From positions 1 to 64,000 of the IMG/VR virus record IMGVR_UViG_3300050821_003884: a DNA stretch of 64,000 nt; one strand, 5' to 3'. This document shows, one piece after another, positions 27,445-37,176 of this stretch. Source of the stretch: a virus. A program made the position numbers and the translations under genes. How positions within the stretch are numbered: the first letter of the stretch is position 1; the number at the start of each line of letters is the position of its first letter. The notes below the pieces were generated by a model. That model was given only the letters and a program-made list of their open reading frames with translations. It had not been told where the DNA came from and ran no database searches.

Positions 27445-27660
27445 TTAGAGATTGCGCACGAGGACTTCGTTGTCGTAGTCCCGCTTGCGTCGCTGGTTAA
27501 CGGCAGCGCTCATGGTTGACTGGTGGAACTTCTCCGCCAGATACCAGCGCAGTTCGATACCATCCCATCCTTCCGGCATGGCAGCGACTTTGCTCAGCGC
27601 CTCACTCTGTACGCTGGCCACAAGCTCACGGATAAACGTCTTTTTCTGTTGTTTCGTCAT
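27445..27660 (-). CDS. Hypothetical protein
   Basis: GGGAGG SD. Confidence 0.6.
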   Translation of the reverse strand: MTKQQKKTFIRELVASVQSEALSKVAAMPEGWDGIELRWYLAEKFHQSTMSAAVNQRRKRDYDNEVLVRNL

Positions 27661-27717
27661 TTAAATTTCCTCCCGGTTTGTGTCCGCCGCTTCTTACATG
27701 GGAAGCGGCGGTTAGTT

Positions 27718-28368
27718 TTACTGCTTTACGGTCCCGGTAGCTGAGTCAATCGCTGCCGGAGCAGCAGCAGCGGTTGCGCCGCCGCAGAGTTGGGCCTCAA
27801 CTTCCGGCTTCAGCTTTCTGGCACCGCAGAGGGAAGCGCTTGCTTGCTGCGTGTTGCTGCCATCGCCGCTGATGAACGGCGTGAAGTCTCCAATCGTCGC
27901 ATATTCGTGATCGGTGCTGTCCGGATCAGGGAAGTAGAACGTGCAGCGAACGGTTTCGTGCGGATGTTTCTTGCTCGGGCTGGCGCAGTCCGATGCAAAC
28001 AGAACTTTCGTGCCAGACTGGACACCATCCAAAAACCACTTGTTGTGAATCGTCTTAGCGTCGTAGGGACGCTCCGCCATGCCAGCCGCCAGCGCAAGGG
28101 CGAACGTTCTTCCCTTGTTGACGGGAGCTTCCACCCGGTAATTCCCGGCGTCGGTATACAGCAGGTGTATCCCTTGTCCTCCGTCGTCCAGCTTGGCGTC
28201 CGTCTGCGTCTTGCCCAGAGTTACGTCAGAACCGGTTGTGATGCGAAAGCTTTTATCAAGCGTGCCCATCTGGTACTGAGCAGCATGCCTATACGTCTTG
28301 GTGTCCTTGGCAAAACTAAATGTGGTCGAGAGCGCCACGGCAAAAATGCTACAAATTACTTTCTTCAC
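27718..28368 (-). CDS. Secreted hypothetical protein
   Basis: Signal-peptide-like MKKVICSIFAVALSTTFSFA. Confidence 0.65.
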   Translation of the reverse strand: MKKVICSIFAVALSTTFSFAKDTKTYRHAAQYQMGTLDKSFRITTGSDVTLGKTQTDAKLDDGGQGIHLLYTDAGNYRVEAPVNKGRTFALALAAGMAERPYDAKTIHNKWFLDGVQSGTKVLFASDCASPSKKHPHETVRCTFYFPDPDSTDHEYATIGDFTPFISGDGSNTQQASASLCGARKLKPEVEAQLCGGATAAAAPAAIDSATGTVKQ

Positions 28369-28421
28369 TTACTTCTCCTGTAATTTTATTTACTGCAACT
28401 CCGCAGTCGGTTAGGGGGGGG

Positions 28422-28634
28422 TTAAGTAATCTCTACAAGGGTGAGCCGCTTGTCGCCCTCGTCCGCAGGAATCTCGGGGTAGTATTCGACAAACAGGGAA
28501 CCGCACTCCCATTCATTGAACAACTCCTGCTTGATCTCGCGAATCCGGTAGTGGCCGTCGCTGGTCGCCTTCACAACCTCCATTTCCGGCGGCATCTTTG
28601 CCAATGCCTCGATAAGTTCTTTTACGGTCATCAC
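28422..28634 (-). CDS. Hypothetical phage protein
   Basis: MTVKELIEALAKMPPEMEV, a common small phage N-terminus. Confidence 0.65.
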   Translation of the reverse strand: MMTVKELIEALAKMPPEMEVVKATSDGHYRIREIKQELFNEWECGSLFVEYYPEIPADEGDKRLTLVEIT

Positions 28635-28834
28635 GCCTCCTCAAACTCTGCCTTGCGGCTCAGGAATCCCGGCTCATGGGTGCTGTTGTACTGGTGGCAA
28701 ATCTCCCGCGCATCGGCGTAGGTGACGTGCTTGCGCAGGTAAGTCTTAGGCCCCGCTCCCGGCTCCCGGCCACCCGGCCAGTCTTTATTTCGCTTCCACC
28801 AGTTGCGTACAAATACGTTGTAGTAAGTTTCCAT
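28631..28834 (-). CDS. Hypothetical protein
   Basis: Start-associated motif upstream. Confidence 0.6.
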   Translation of the reverse strand: METYYNVFVRNWWKRNKDWPGGREPGAGPKTYLRKHVTYADAREICHQYNSTHEPGFLSRKAEFEEA

Positions 28835-28870
28835 TCGATTGAATCCCTCCCGGTTCGTTTTAAATTTTGT

Positions 28871-29152
28871 TTACTCTCCCGATTCCGCTGCCGCTTGCCA
28901 GACAGTTGTTCCGGCTTGCTCAGCCCAGAACTGGTCTTTACATGGCTCCCACTTCAGGCCGCTCCAGTCGGGCTTCGTCTTGGACACGGTGAAGTATTCT
29001 TGGCCGACTGCATAGATGGCCAGCTTGCCCGTGTGTCCGTACTGGTAGCGGTAGTCTTTAATGTCTGCCGCATCGAAGCCGATAGTCCCGGCAATGATGG
29101 CTGCGGCGTTGACGCGAACTTTTTTCGTTGTCGTTACCTTGCTCACTGTCAT
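28871..29152 (-). CDS. Hypothetical protein
   Basis: Coupled overlap. Confidence 0.55.
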   Translation of the reverse strand: MTVSKVTTTKKVRVNAAAIIAGTIGFDAADIKDYRYQYGHTGKLAIYAVGQEYFTVSKTKPDWSGLKWEPCKDQFWAEQAGTTVWQAAAESGE

Positions 29153-29631
29153 CGCACGCCTCCAGCCGTCGCTCTTTCCTGCTCGGCCACGCTAAGCAGA
29201 AGGTCTTCCTCTCTCCACTTCCGTAGTTTCAGCGAATCTTGAATGTCGTTCAGGATTCCCAACTCTTCACGCTCCAGCTTCTGGCTGACCTCGGCGCTGT
29301 TTAGGGTATTTGCCCTCCGCACCGCTACATCGTAGGAGTTCAGCTCCTCCAGCCTCATCATCTTGTCGAACATCATGTCGTCAGCCAGCGACTTCGATTG
29401 TTTTTTCGCCGCGTCCCGCCACTCGTCTACAGCACGCCAGTCCATATCGAAGGGATACGAACTCGCAATCATCTGCGTTGCTACCTGCCGGAACCCCGGA
29501 CTCAGCGTGAACATTCTGTAGATCACCTTGCCCCCGCTCCACAGAAGAAGCCCAACAAACCCTAAAAATATCCTCAGTGCCACGTTCTTTTGTATGCTTG
29601 GCGCAGTCGTTGTCGTTGTCATCTCTCCCAA
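29149..29631 (-). CDS. Membrane-anchored hypothetical protein
   Basis: N-terminal hydrophobic helix VALRIFLGFVGLLLW. Confidence 0.55.
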   Translation of the reverse strand: MGEMTTTTTAPSIQKNVALRIFLGFVGLLLWSGGKVIYRMFTLSPGFRQVATQMIASSYPFDMDWRAVDEWRDAAKKQSKSLADDMMFDKMMRLEELNSYDVAVRRANTLNSAEVSQKLEREELGILNDIQDSLKLRKWREEDLLLSVAEQERATAGGVR

Positions 29632-29738
29632 ACTCCTTTTCCTGTAATTGTGAAATTTAAATCTCAGTGGCCGCGCTACCGGGAGGTGAACGCGGCCACT
29701 CTCGCACCCAGCTATACTCCTCGCTGTAAGTGCGAAAC

Positions 29739-30002
29739 TTAAACCTCGTCGCCGAAGTTCGGACCCCAGCCGCCGTAGCAGGCGTCAGAGTGGTATCCGG
29801 TTCCTATGCATCCGGGGCAATCTGGCGTTGGGGCTTCCACTGCCCACCATCTTGCGCATCCGCACTTCTCGCCATTCGCCATAACCACGTCGCATGGGAT
29901 AGGTGCCCCTTTCGGGGGATTAGGCTTGCCGTCCGCATTGAGCGGGGAAGTAGCCAGCGTGTGGTGGGTACACCAGTCGTGCCCACAGTATTTGCATCTC
30001 AT
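29739..30002 (-). CDS. Cys-rich hypothetical protein
   Basis: MRCKYCGH...CPGC; start-associated motif upstream. Confidence 0.55.
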   Translation of the reverse strand: MRCKYCGHDWCTHHTLATSPLNADGKPNPPKGAPIPCDVVMANGEKCGCARWWAVEAPTPDCPGCIGTGYHSDACYGGWGPNFGDEV

Positions 30003-30054
30003 AATCGAACCCTCCCGGTTTCTTCTGTAAATCGTTTTAGGTGTGAACCTGCTG

Positions 30055-30393
30055 TTAGAAACCAGCGCGTTTTTTAATTGTTTCCCAGCCGTTGTCGAGT
30101 GTCTGCACTTCGTGGCCATCAGGGAAGACGGCGTCGGACTTAATAAGTCCTGTCAAGCCGTAGCCCAGATACTTCTTGGCCGAAGCCCACCTGCCAAACG
30201 GTCTGACAATCATGTCCCCCACGATCAATTCGTGCGCGTAGCCCTCAGTGACAAGCCGGGTTGGCGTTGAGATGAGCGCCGCCGCCAGAGTGAGGCTGTG
30301 GCCTCGCTCGATTCCCATGTCCTGCATGAGGAGCTGAACCGGGGTGTGTAGAGCATGAATCCCAAACATTGCCTTGATGTAAACGTCGTCCAT
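30055..30393 (-). CDS. Hypothetical protein
   Basis: Start-associated motif upstream. Confidence 0.6.
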   Translation of the reverse strand: MDDVYIKAMFGIHALHTPVQLLMQDMGIERGHSLTLAAALISTPTRLVTEGYAHELIVGDMIVRPFGRWASAKKYLGYGLTGLIKSDAVFPDGHEVQTLDNGWETIKKRAGF

Positions 30394-30426
30394 CGGAACC
30401 CTCCCGGTTCTTTCTATAAAAGCTGT

Positions 30427-30798
30427 TTACGTGTGAGTGTAGCCGTCCGGCTCGATGCCCACGAACATACCGCACCATTTGATCCCGGCGAAGCGGTCGG
30501 AGCCGATGCCGCACTCCTGTATCCGGGTGAAGAACTCCCGGCGATCCTTTGAGCCGTCATGGCTGCGACGGTAGAGCTTGTTGATGGCCTCGACCTGTGC
30601 CGGGGTCATCCAGCCGGGGATAACAACGTGCCCCTCGCCCTCGGCCAGACGCTTGTCGCGATCCTCTGAACCTGCGACGTAGCCGTCGAAGTACGCCTCG
30701 CGGTTGAAGACTCCCCGCGTGTTCGGCTGCTCGGAGTCGGAGCCGTGGCGGTATCCCGTGGAATAGTCGCTGTTCGTGTTTGTCTCTTCTGTGCTCAT
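30427..30798 (-). CDS. Hypothetical protein
   Basis: C-terminal WCGMFVGIEPDGYTH motif; start-associated motif. Confidence 0.65.
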   Translation of the reverse strand: MSTEETNTNSDYSTGYRHGSDSEQPNTRGVFNREAYFDGYVAGSEDRDKRLAEGEGHVVIPGWMTPAQVEAINKLYRRSHDGSKDRREFFTRIQECGIGSDRFAGIKWCGMFVGIEPDGYTHT

Positions 30799-31454
30799 GG
30801 CTGCTCCTGTAAATCGGTTTCGTCGTCATCCTGCGATGCGTGGCTATCCCGGATGTCTCCAGCGGCCAGCCAGAGGATGCGGGTAAGGTTCTGGTTGTGG
30901 TCGGATAGTTCCTCTGCGTCCCACGTCCCATAGTCCTCCAATTCCCGGCGTAGCGCTTCCGGCTTGATCTTCGCCAACTGCTCGGCAATAACCGGGTCGG
31001 CTTGCAGGGCTTGCACGTCGGCTTCGCAGTCTCCGGCATGGGAAGCGGACTCGGCCTGTTCCAGTGTCATCTCGAACTCAACGCCATAGTTGCCGCTGAA
31101 CCAATATTTCTTTTCGCTGGTATCCTCGGCATACGCAAACGTCGCCAGAGGGTAATCCTGCGCTACCTGCCGCTGCGCGTCCTGAAACGATGCGGCTCGC
31201 TTGTAAATGTCGATCTGGTTGTCTACGCCATCCGGACAGTAGGCGCGGTAAATGTGTTCGCCTTTGGTTGCTCCCCAGTAGGCTCCGCCGTCGTCGTAAT
31301 CGCCGTCTACCCACCTGAGGCGAATCAGCAGGAAGGCTACGGGCCGGGACTTGGAGCCGTCGTCGTGTACGTCGCTGCGGCCCATGCTTGCACCGTACCG
31401 TGAATACGCTTTCGTTAACGCTGGAACCTGTGCCATTTTAAAATTATTCCTCAC
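30795..31454 (-). CDS. Hypothetical two-module protein
   Basis: YGASMGR...DGDYDDGGAYWG module plus ELEDYGTWD...RILWLAA module. Confidence 0.65.
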   Translation of the reverse strand: MRNNFKMAQVPALTKAYSRYGASMGRSDVHDDGSKSRPVAFLLIRLRWVDGDYDDGGAYWGATKGEHIYRAYCPDGVDNQIDIYKRAASFQDAQRQVAQDYPLATFAYAEDTSEKKYWFSGNYGVEFEMTLEQAESASHAGDCEADVQALQADPVIAEQLAKIKPEALRRELEDYGTWDAEELSDHNQNLTRILWLAAGDIRDSHASQDDDETDLQEQP

Positions 31455-31514
31455 TGGTAAATCTGTTTTTGGGTGTGGTCGCGGCTTGCTTGGCTGCGAC
31501 CACTTGGAAGGGAA

Positions 31515-32402
31515 CTACGCTGTCTTACGCTTGGGTACGAGCGTACGGTACGCCTTGTGCGCGGAGATGAGCTTCTTCTCTGCCGCGTCCGTGGCATCTT
31601 CCAGCCAGTGATCCACTGCGTGAGCCAGAGCCTCGGCTGCTTCATAGACGGAGCTGGTCACCTTGGGTGCTGGCGCTGGCTTCGCTGTTCCGTGGGCCTT
31701 CGCGTCCTTCGTCTTACCCTTGGCGGCGATCACGTTGCTGACCTTGACGCGGGTCTTGCCCTTCAACGTGTTCTTGGTTTCCGCGATGACCTCCTTCTGC
31801 TTGTCCTTGCTCAGCTTGGTAAGCTGGACGGCAGCGGTGATCTTCACCTTCCCGTCACGAACGGCTTGTGCGGCTTCAGGAGCCAATTCCACCAGTGCGG
31901 CACGGTCTTTCACCCACTTCACCGCAGTCGCCTTCTCTTCGGGCTTCTTCGCCTCAGGAAAATAGATTTCAGCAATCTCTTCCAGAGACTTCTTGAAGCG
32001 CTTCTGCCAGATGCCGATGTTGTGTGTGTCGTCCATCGGCGTGGTGTCCTTGCGGAAACGGTTCTCGGCAATGGCTGCGGCGAAGGCTTCTTCGTCGGTC
32101 AGCGTCTCGTAGGTCGCCTCAAGCTTGATGAGCGGCTCGCCCTTCTTGGCTAGGCGGCTGTTCAGCAGCTTGACGGCACGCCAGCGGCGGTGGCCGTAGA
32201 CGAGCACGGGTTGACCAGCGTCATTCTTGCGCACCAGTACGGGTGTGCGCTGGCCGTTCTTTTCAATATCTGCGGCCAAGTCATCGACATCGGTGTTCTC
32301 GATGCGCCCGTTAAGCTGCGGATCGAGCAGGATGTTCTCAGGGTAATCAGCGACCAGAGTGCTGGTGCGCTTCGTTGTTTCGTTTGCGAATACTACAGCC
32401 AT
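31515..32402 (-). CDS. ParB/Spo0J-like protein
   Basis: LAADIEKNGQRTPVLV...LVYGHRRWRA...ENRFRKD, then HTH and Lys-rich tail. Confidence 0.85.
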   Translation of the reverse strand: MAVVFANETTKRTSTLVADYPENILLDPQLNGRIENTDVDDLAADIEKNGQRTPVLVRKNDAGQPVLVYGHRRWRAVKLLNSRLAKKGEPLIKLEATYETLTDEEAFAAAIAENRFRKDTTPMDDTHNIGIWQKRFKKSLEEIAEIYFPEAKKPEEKATAVKWVKDRAALVELAPEAAQAVRDGKVKITAAVQLTKLSKDKQKEVIAETKNTLKGKTRVKVSNVIAAKGKTKDAKAHGTAKPAPAPKVTSSVYEAAEALAHAVDHWLEDATDAAEKKLISAHKAYRTLVPKRKTA

Positions 32403-32501
32403 TTTATTTTCTCCCGGTATTTGGTTTGAGTTAAGGTTCTGGCACCCAATCCTCGTTCGGATGCGGTGTGCCGCGTTCTGTACTGCCGTTCTGTTATTGT
32501 T

Positions 32502-32530
32502 AGATTATATACATAGCACCATGGTGTCAA
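32502..32530 (-). promoter_or_regulatory. Sigma70 promoter with palindromic site B (copy 2)
   Basis: TTGACACCATGGTGCTATGTATA-TAATCT. Confidence 0.65.
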
Positions 32531-32686
32531 GCACTATTTTAAATTATTTCTGCCTTACCTATAACACTCTAAAAGAGTTACGTAGGTAACCGTTGATCAC
32601 TGCTAAACGTGTTTAGGTATAAAGCGGGGGAGTCTTGCTCGGGTCAAAGGCGCAGGGTAGGCGCAATTGCTGCTGCCATGTTCTTT

Positions 32687-32884
32687 TTAATTTTCCCGGC
32701 GCACGGCAACCAATTTGCCGCTGGCATCCCGGATGAGATGGCGCGGTCTGACTGGCTGCGGGGGCTTGCGCTCAGGAAGCTGAAAGCGGGGACTCTCAGG
32801 CAGGAAGCGGCATTCGTTGTCGGGGTTGTGGTCTTCGTTGCAGTAGGGGCAACCGGGCAGGATATGGGCTGGCTTGGTTCTCAT
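32687..32884 (-). CDS. Hypothetical protein
   Basis: CPYC motif, operon position. Confidence 0.45.
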   Translation of the reverse strand: MRTKPAHILPGCPYCNEDHNPDNECRFLPESPRFQLPERKPPQPVRPRHLIRDASGKLVAVRREN

Positions 32885-32888
32885 GGGT

Positions 32889-33122
32889 TTAATTCCCGCC
32901 AGCCAAAATAGCTATTACTAGGCAGGCTGCGACGAAGAGAGTGAAGATGACCCAGTTGCGCCTTGAATCCCTCTGAGCCTTCTTCTGTTCCTCGGTAAGG
33001 ACTGGCTTCTCGGGGCGGTGGTAGGTCTTCCGCTCTTCAAGGTAGCTCCCAAAGGCGCATATCAGCCACCAGCATCCCACAGCAAGGGCGACAATAAAAA
33101 TAAATGCAATCATTTCGATCAC
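32889..33122 (-). CDS. Small two-TM membrane protein
   Basis: Two hydrophobic helices. Confidence 0.6.
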   Translation of the reverse strand: MIEMIAFIFIVALAVGCWWLICAFGSYLEERKTYHRPEKPVLTEEQKKAQRDSRRNWVIFTLFVAACLVIAILAGGN

Positions 33123-33138
33123 TCCTGTAAATCTGTTT

Positions 33139-33348
33139 CTACCTGTTGCAGGGCACCCAGAACGAATGGGTGTCCGTACTCTTGGTTTTCTGGTTGTAGT
33201 GCGTGTGCTGGTAGTTGCACTCCTCGCCGCCGTCCGTCATCCTGCTCCCGGTGAAGTAAGCCGTCTCGCCATCCGTGGGGCAGGATGCGGTCAGGTCGTA
33301 GACGGCCATGCCCAGCAGGGCCAAAGCAATTAAAAGTGTACGCTTCAA
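33139..33348 (-). CDS. Small secreted Cys-containing protein
   Basis: Signal-peptide-like N-terminus. Confidence 0.55.
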   Translation of the reverse strand: MKRTLLIALALLGMAVYDLTASCPTDGETAYFTGSRMTDGGEECNYQHTHYNQKTKSTDTHSFWVPCNR

Positions 33349-33809
33349 GCGGTTACCTCTCTTTGCTCTGCGGCAAGGTAATCAAGCAGCGGCACCTGTG
33401 ACTCAGGCTTCAGGATGACGGCCTCTTGTGTGCTGTAGTCGAAGACGAAATACGCGCCCTCGCCAGCCTTGGCGACTGCGGCCCGGATGCGGCGCGAAGC
33501 CCCGTCCGTGCATTTAATTTGCAGCCCCTGACTGCCCGTGCGCAGGGCAACGTGGAAGCGCTTCACCTCAACGTCTTTCGAGATGAGCACCTCGTCAGGG
33601 TCGGTGATGATGCACTCAGGCTTGCTGCCTACCCACCATGTTGGCTTTGGGCTAGGCTCGCCCTCAGACGTGTTTACAGGCGTGGTCAGGCTCTGACCAG
33701 CGCGGCTGAAGTCGATGGCCGTCCAGATAGCGATGCCGCCTCTGTCCCGGAGCCAGCCAGCAATCTTCTCGGCATTGTCCGGTGTCGTGATGTACGGTTT
33801 TAAATTCAT
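33345..33809 (-). CDS. Hypothetical protein
   Basis: Start-associated motif upstream. Confidence 0.65.
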   Translation of the reverse strand: MNLKPYITTPDNAEKIAGWLRDRGGIAIWTAIDFSRAGQSLTTPVNTSEGEPSPKPTWWVGSKPECIITDPDEVLISKDVEVKRFHVALRTGSQGLQIKCTDGASRRIRAAVAKAGEGAYFVFDYSTQEAVILKPESQVPLLDYLAAEQREVTA

Positions 33810-33848
33810 GCTTACCCTCCCGGTAAAGCGGTTTACAGGTGTTCAGGG

Positions 33849-34394
33849 TTACGAGCGCCAGTCGGTGACGCGGGTCGCGTAGAGCCGGTCGAACTCGGCG
33901 CGATCTTCGGCAGTCAACTCTTTCCGGTACTCGGCTAGGTTTCTGTCAAGGTCGTCGGCGCTGCCGATGAATGCTCCGCCGCCGTCTGAAGCCGTAGAGC
34001 CAGCGGTGACATAGCCGTCTGACGTGATGGACAGGCTGTAGAGCCGTCCGCCGCGCCCGTCACGTGCGCCATAGTCGTGACCGATAATCGCGCCCACGAT
34101 GGCTACCAGCTTGGGGCTGAAGTTAAAGTGGCTGGGGTCGATGCGCTCTGCGAACTCGTCCACCTTCGGCGCTTCTGTCGCTGCGACCTTTTCGGCAATC
34201 ACGACGGATGTGCGAACGCCCGTCTGGTACTTCTTGCCGTCAGGTGCCTTGTACGATCTGGATGTGACTTTGGTCATAGTCTGGTCGCTGCTGGGGAACT
34301 TAAACTCCTGTCCCACGGTCAGGTACTTGAAGATTGAATTGCCTTGGCCTTGTGTCAGTGCTGCTAAATCTCGAAACTCTGTGTCGTTGCTCAT
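33849..34394 (-). CDS. Hypothetical protein
   Basis: Start-associated motif upstream. Confidence 0.65.
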   Translation of the reverse strand: MSNDTEFRDLAALTQGQGNSIFKYLTVGQEFKFPSSDQTMTKVTSRSYKAPDGKKYQTGVRTSVVIAEKVAATEAPKVDEFAERIDPSHFNFSPKLVAIVGAIIGHDYGARDGRGGRLYSLSITSDGYVTAGSTASDGGGAFIGSADDLDRNLAEYRKELTAEDRAEFDRLYATRVTDWRS

Positions 34395-34439
34395 AGTCCC
34401 TCCCGGTGACTTGCTGTAAAGATGTTTTAGCGTATGTGG

Positions 34440-34667
34440 CTATGCTTGTTCCGGTGCCTCGGCCTTCACTGCCACCAGCCCAGCCGTGGATGACCATGTG
34501 TAGTTGACTGGCTCGTCGGACTCGACTACCTGATACGCCTCGGCCAGCGTCCACGCCGCAATCTTGTTGCGGCCATAGGCTTCTGCCTCTTCGCGGGTCG
34601 CCAGTGCGACGCCGTTCAGGTAAAACTTGGGGTCGTCGTAGGTTTTAATTTCTGCTTTGAAGCTCAT
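34440..34667 (-). CDS. Hypothetical phage protein
   Basis: NGVALATREEAEAY...ESDEPVNY. Confidence 0.65.
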   Translation of the reverse strand: MSFKAEIKTYDDPKFYLNGVALATREEAEAYGRNKIAAWTLAEAYQVVESDEPVNYTWSSTAGLVAVKAEAPEQA

Positions 34668-34706
34668 GCGCTTTCCCTCCCGGTGAAAGACTTGTGTAAA
34701 GCGGTT

Positions 34707-35177
34707 TTAGCGTGACATGTGGCGGCGGCGTATCTCGGTTGCGTTCGCCGGGATGCGCTTTCGCACGTCCAAGTGATAGTGATAGGGTGCGGACTCAAGC
34801 TCTCGCTTCAGGTCTGCGTACTCTTCAGGCTTCGCCAGCTTGGTACGGTAGATGATGTCTAGGTTCGCTGCGCCATGCTGCCCGATGTGCTGATAGCTGT
34901 CGCAGTCGTACTCGCTGGTGCCGGGGTCGCAGGGGAACAAGGCGATTACATCGCCACCCTCGGACTTCGGCCACTTGCGAAAGATCACTGGCGTTTTGCA
35001 CATCGCGAACCAGTGGCCAGTCGGCCCGATGACTACGGTGTGATTCGCCTCATCCTGTTGGCACTCGCCGCAGTAGTTAAACTCAAACGTTTGCCGTAAA
35101 AACTCTTTTACGGTGATGCCGCTCGCGTCTTTCTTCGGCGGCACAGGTGCGAATCGGTTGCCAGCGGCTTGTGTCAT
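34707..35177 (-). CDS. Hypothetical phage protein
   Basis: VIFRK...VIALFP...SYQHIGQHGAA...PEEYADLKRELES motif. Confidence 0.7.
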   Translation of the reverse strand: MTQAAGNRFAPVPPKKDASGITVKEFLRQTFEFNYCGECQQDEANHTVVIGPTGHWFAMCKTPVIFRKWPKSEGGDVIALFPCDPGTSEYDCDSYQHIGQHGAANLDIIYRTKLAKPEEYADLKRELESAPYHYHLDVRKRIPANATEIRRRHMSR

Positions 35178-35356
35178 TGCGCGGCCTCCGTTTTCGCCTT
35201 GCAGCCTTCGCAGTAGTACGCGTTGGCGCTGAATGGCCTTGCCGTAACGTCGGCATAGACGGCTTCACGATCATCCTGCAATGCCTTGCCGCACCCAGCG
35301 CAGCGGTACTGTAATGTTGCCGCGTGGTTCTTGTTTACTTTCACGAACTTGTGCAT
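35174..35356 (-). CDS. Small Zn-finger protein
   Basis: CAGC...YCEGC. Confidence 0.55.
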   Translation of the reverse strand: MHKFVKVNKNHAATLQYRCAGCGKALQDDREAVYADVTARPFSANAYYCEGCKAKTEAAQ

Positions 35357-35388
35357 TTACCCCTCCCGGTAAAACGCGTACTGTCCTC

Positions 35389-35417
35389 ATCCTACATAGG
35401 TGACACCATGGTGTCAA
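35389..35417 (-). promoter_or_regulatory. Sigma70 promoter with perfect palindromic site B (copy 3)
   Basis: TTGACA-17-TAGGAT; TGACACCATGGTGTCA palindrome covers the -35. Confidence 0.7.
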
Positions 35418-35462
35418 GTATGCGCAGGTTTCAGGGTGATGGTGGGGCCGTAGCCCCACGGG

Positions 35463-35786
35463 TTAGCTTCGGCTAAGGTAGGGAGTGGCTGGCCCTTCCA
35501 TGAGCACCTGAAGGACCGTCTGCCCGTCAAGGGTCGTGAATGACCAGTGGGGCTTCGGCAGGTAGACGTGGAACCGCGCTACCCAGTCCTTTGTTTTGCT
35601 GCCCTCGCTCTGTACGTGCGCAAGGCGCTCCTCAAAGTCCTCGCGCTCTTCCTCGGGCAGGGTATAGCGCAGCGCCTCGATAGCTTGCTCCAGCGCTTTG
35701 GGGTCGTGCTGCTTCAGGTGGGTGTGGATGTGCGGGGTCAGTATCAGCACCTGTAATGCGTTGCCTGTTCTGGTTCCTTTTATCAT
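35463..35786 (-). CDS. Hypothetical protein
   Basis: Start-associated motif upstream. Confidence 0.6.
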   Translation of the reverse strand: MIKGTRTGNALQVLILTPHIHTHLKQHDPKALEQAIEALRYTLPEEEREDFEERLAHVQSEGSKTKDWVARFHVYLPKPHWSFTTLDGQTVLQVLMEGPATPYLSRS

Positions 35787-35835
35787 TTAGCTCTCTCCTG
35801 TAAATAAGTTCTGGTGAGTGGTTGCGGTTTAGCTG

Positions 35836-36099
35836 CTACCTGCCCTCTTGGGTTGCTATCACTTTCTGCGCGTTGTGGATGCCAGCGGTTAACTTCTGGA
35901 TCAGCTTCTCAGCCTCAAAGACAGTCATGCGGACATTCAACTGTAGGGGATTGTCGGTGTCGTGCCTCTGAAGGATCAGCACCAGCAGGGGTGTGCCTTC
36001 CGGCGTGGTGACGTTCAAAAGCTCCGGGTCAATGTTCGCCATGTTGGACGGGTAATGAGACTGCCCGTGTGACGTTGCAAATCTTCTGCTTACTTTCAT
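35836..36099 (-). CDS. Hypothetical protein
   Basis: Start-associated motif upstream. Confidence 0.55.
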   Translation of the reverse strand: MKVSRRFATSHGQSHYPSNMANIDPELLNVTTPEGTPLLVLILQRHDTDNPLQLNVRMTVFEAEKLIQKLTAGIHNAQKVIATQEGR

Positions 36100-36138
36100 T
36101 GCTTCTCCTGTAAATCGGTTTCCGTGTGTTGATCTTGC

Positions 36139-36462
36139 TCAGTCCAGCGGCGGGAATTTTAATCCCGCCTTGTAACCAGCCTTCGTATAGAAAGCCTTGA
36201 TCGGTGCCAGCGTCTTCTTAAGCTCTGCCTCAGTCGGCTCGGGCAGTCGCGGATATGCGCCCATGCCAGCGAACATGTAGCCATACAGCAGGGTCATCAG
36301 CTTGTCGGCTGCTTTCGCTGGCAGCTTCCAGTAGGGCCAGCCGTCGCTGTGCTCGTTGACTTCGTTCTTGAACGCGTCCAGAAACCTCGCGTACTTGCCC
36401 AGAACAGGATGCGACTGGAACCTCTGCGCTGCCTCTTCAACTTCCCATTGATTCATCCACAT
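36139..36462 (-). CDS. Hypothetical phage protein
   Basis: NEHSDGWPYWKLPAKAADKLM...LAPIKAF. Confidence 0.65.
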   Translation of the reverse strand: MWMNQWEVEEAAQRFQSHPVLGKYARFLDAFKNEVNEHSDGWPYWKLPAKAADKLMTLLYGYMFAGMGAYPRLPEPTEAELKKTLAPIKAFYTKAGYKAGLKFPPLD

Positions 36463-36641
36463 ATTTCTATTCCTCCCGGTTGTATAAATTTGTTTTCAGG
36501 TGATTGGGCTTTGCAGTACCCACCATTAACCATGTCTGCATGCGGTTGGATAATTCCACTCTTACTGACGACTTCACGCTTGCAGATGGGACAAAGGACA
36601 ATGCTAATTTTGGCGAGTTGCTTTCTCTGCTTTGGTGTCAT
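36453..36641 (-). CDS. Hypothetical protein
   Basis: CPIC motif, coupled overlap. Confidence 0.45.
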   Translation of the reverse strand: MTPKQRKQLAKISIVLCPICKREVVSKSGIIQPHADMVNGGYCKAQSPENKFIQPGGIEICG

Positions 36642-37117
36642 GGCTTGACTCTCAGCGCGGCAATCTCCAGCTTGATCGTGGTGATCTTGCCCTCAAGGTC
36701 GGCGATTTCTTTCTCGCGCTTCTCGATCTCGCGGCGCGTGTCGTCCTGCTGCGCCTCGACCAGCGCGGCCTGATTGTCTTTCAGCCAGCGCTCGACCTCG
36801 GCAGTCAGAAGCTCTGCGACCGCAACCCGTGCAGTGTGGCTGATATCGCTCTTTACGTTGCTGCCACGGCGCGAAATGTACATGTTATGGTAGAACTTCG
36901 CAGACGGGGCTTCGCCCTCTTTGCCCAGCGTCCACGTGCCTGTCGGCGACTTGTAGAAATGGGCACTGACGCCATAGGTGATGCCGCGCACGGTGATGAA
37001 AAATCCGCCCTCGAATCTGGATGCGCTGCCCGTGTTGCAGTCGAAGAAAATATGCTCGCCGCTCGTCGGGGTAATCTCGCCCCGGAGTTGCTTTGTCTCT
37101 ACTTTGAAAGATGCCAT
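36638..37117 (-). CDS. Hypothetical protein with C-terminal coiled coil
   Basis: Start-associated motif upstream. Confidence 0.6.
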   Translation of the reverse strand: MASFKVETKQLRGEITPTSGEHIFFDCNTGSASRFEGGFFITVRGITYGVSAHFYKSPTGTWTLGKEGEAPSAKFYHNMYISRRGSNVKSDISHTARVAVAELLTAEVERWLKDNQAALVEAQQDDTRREIEKREKEIADLEGKITTIKLEIAALRVKP

Positions 37118-37146
37118 GTCTTACCCTCCCGGTAAAAGCAGTTATC

Positions 37147-37176
37147 AGGTTATTGTATGTGACACCGTGGTGTCAA
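37147..37176 (-). promoter_or_regulatory. Sigma70 promoter with palindromic site B (copy 4)
   Basis: TTGACACCACGGTGTCA...TAACCT. Confidence 0.6.
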
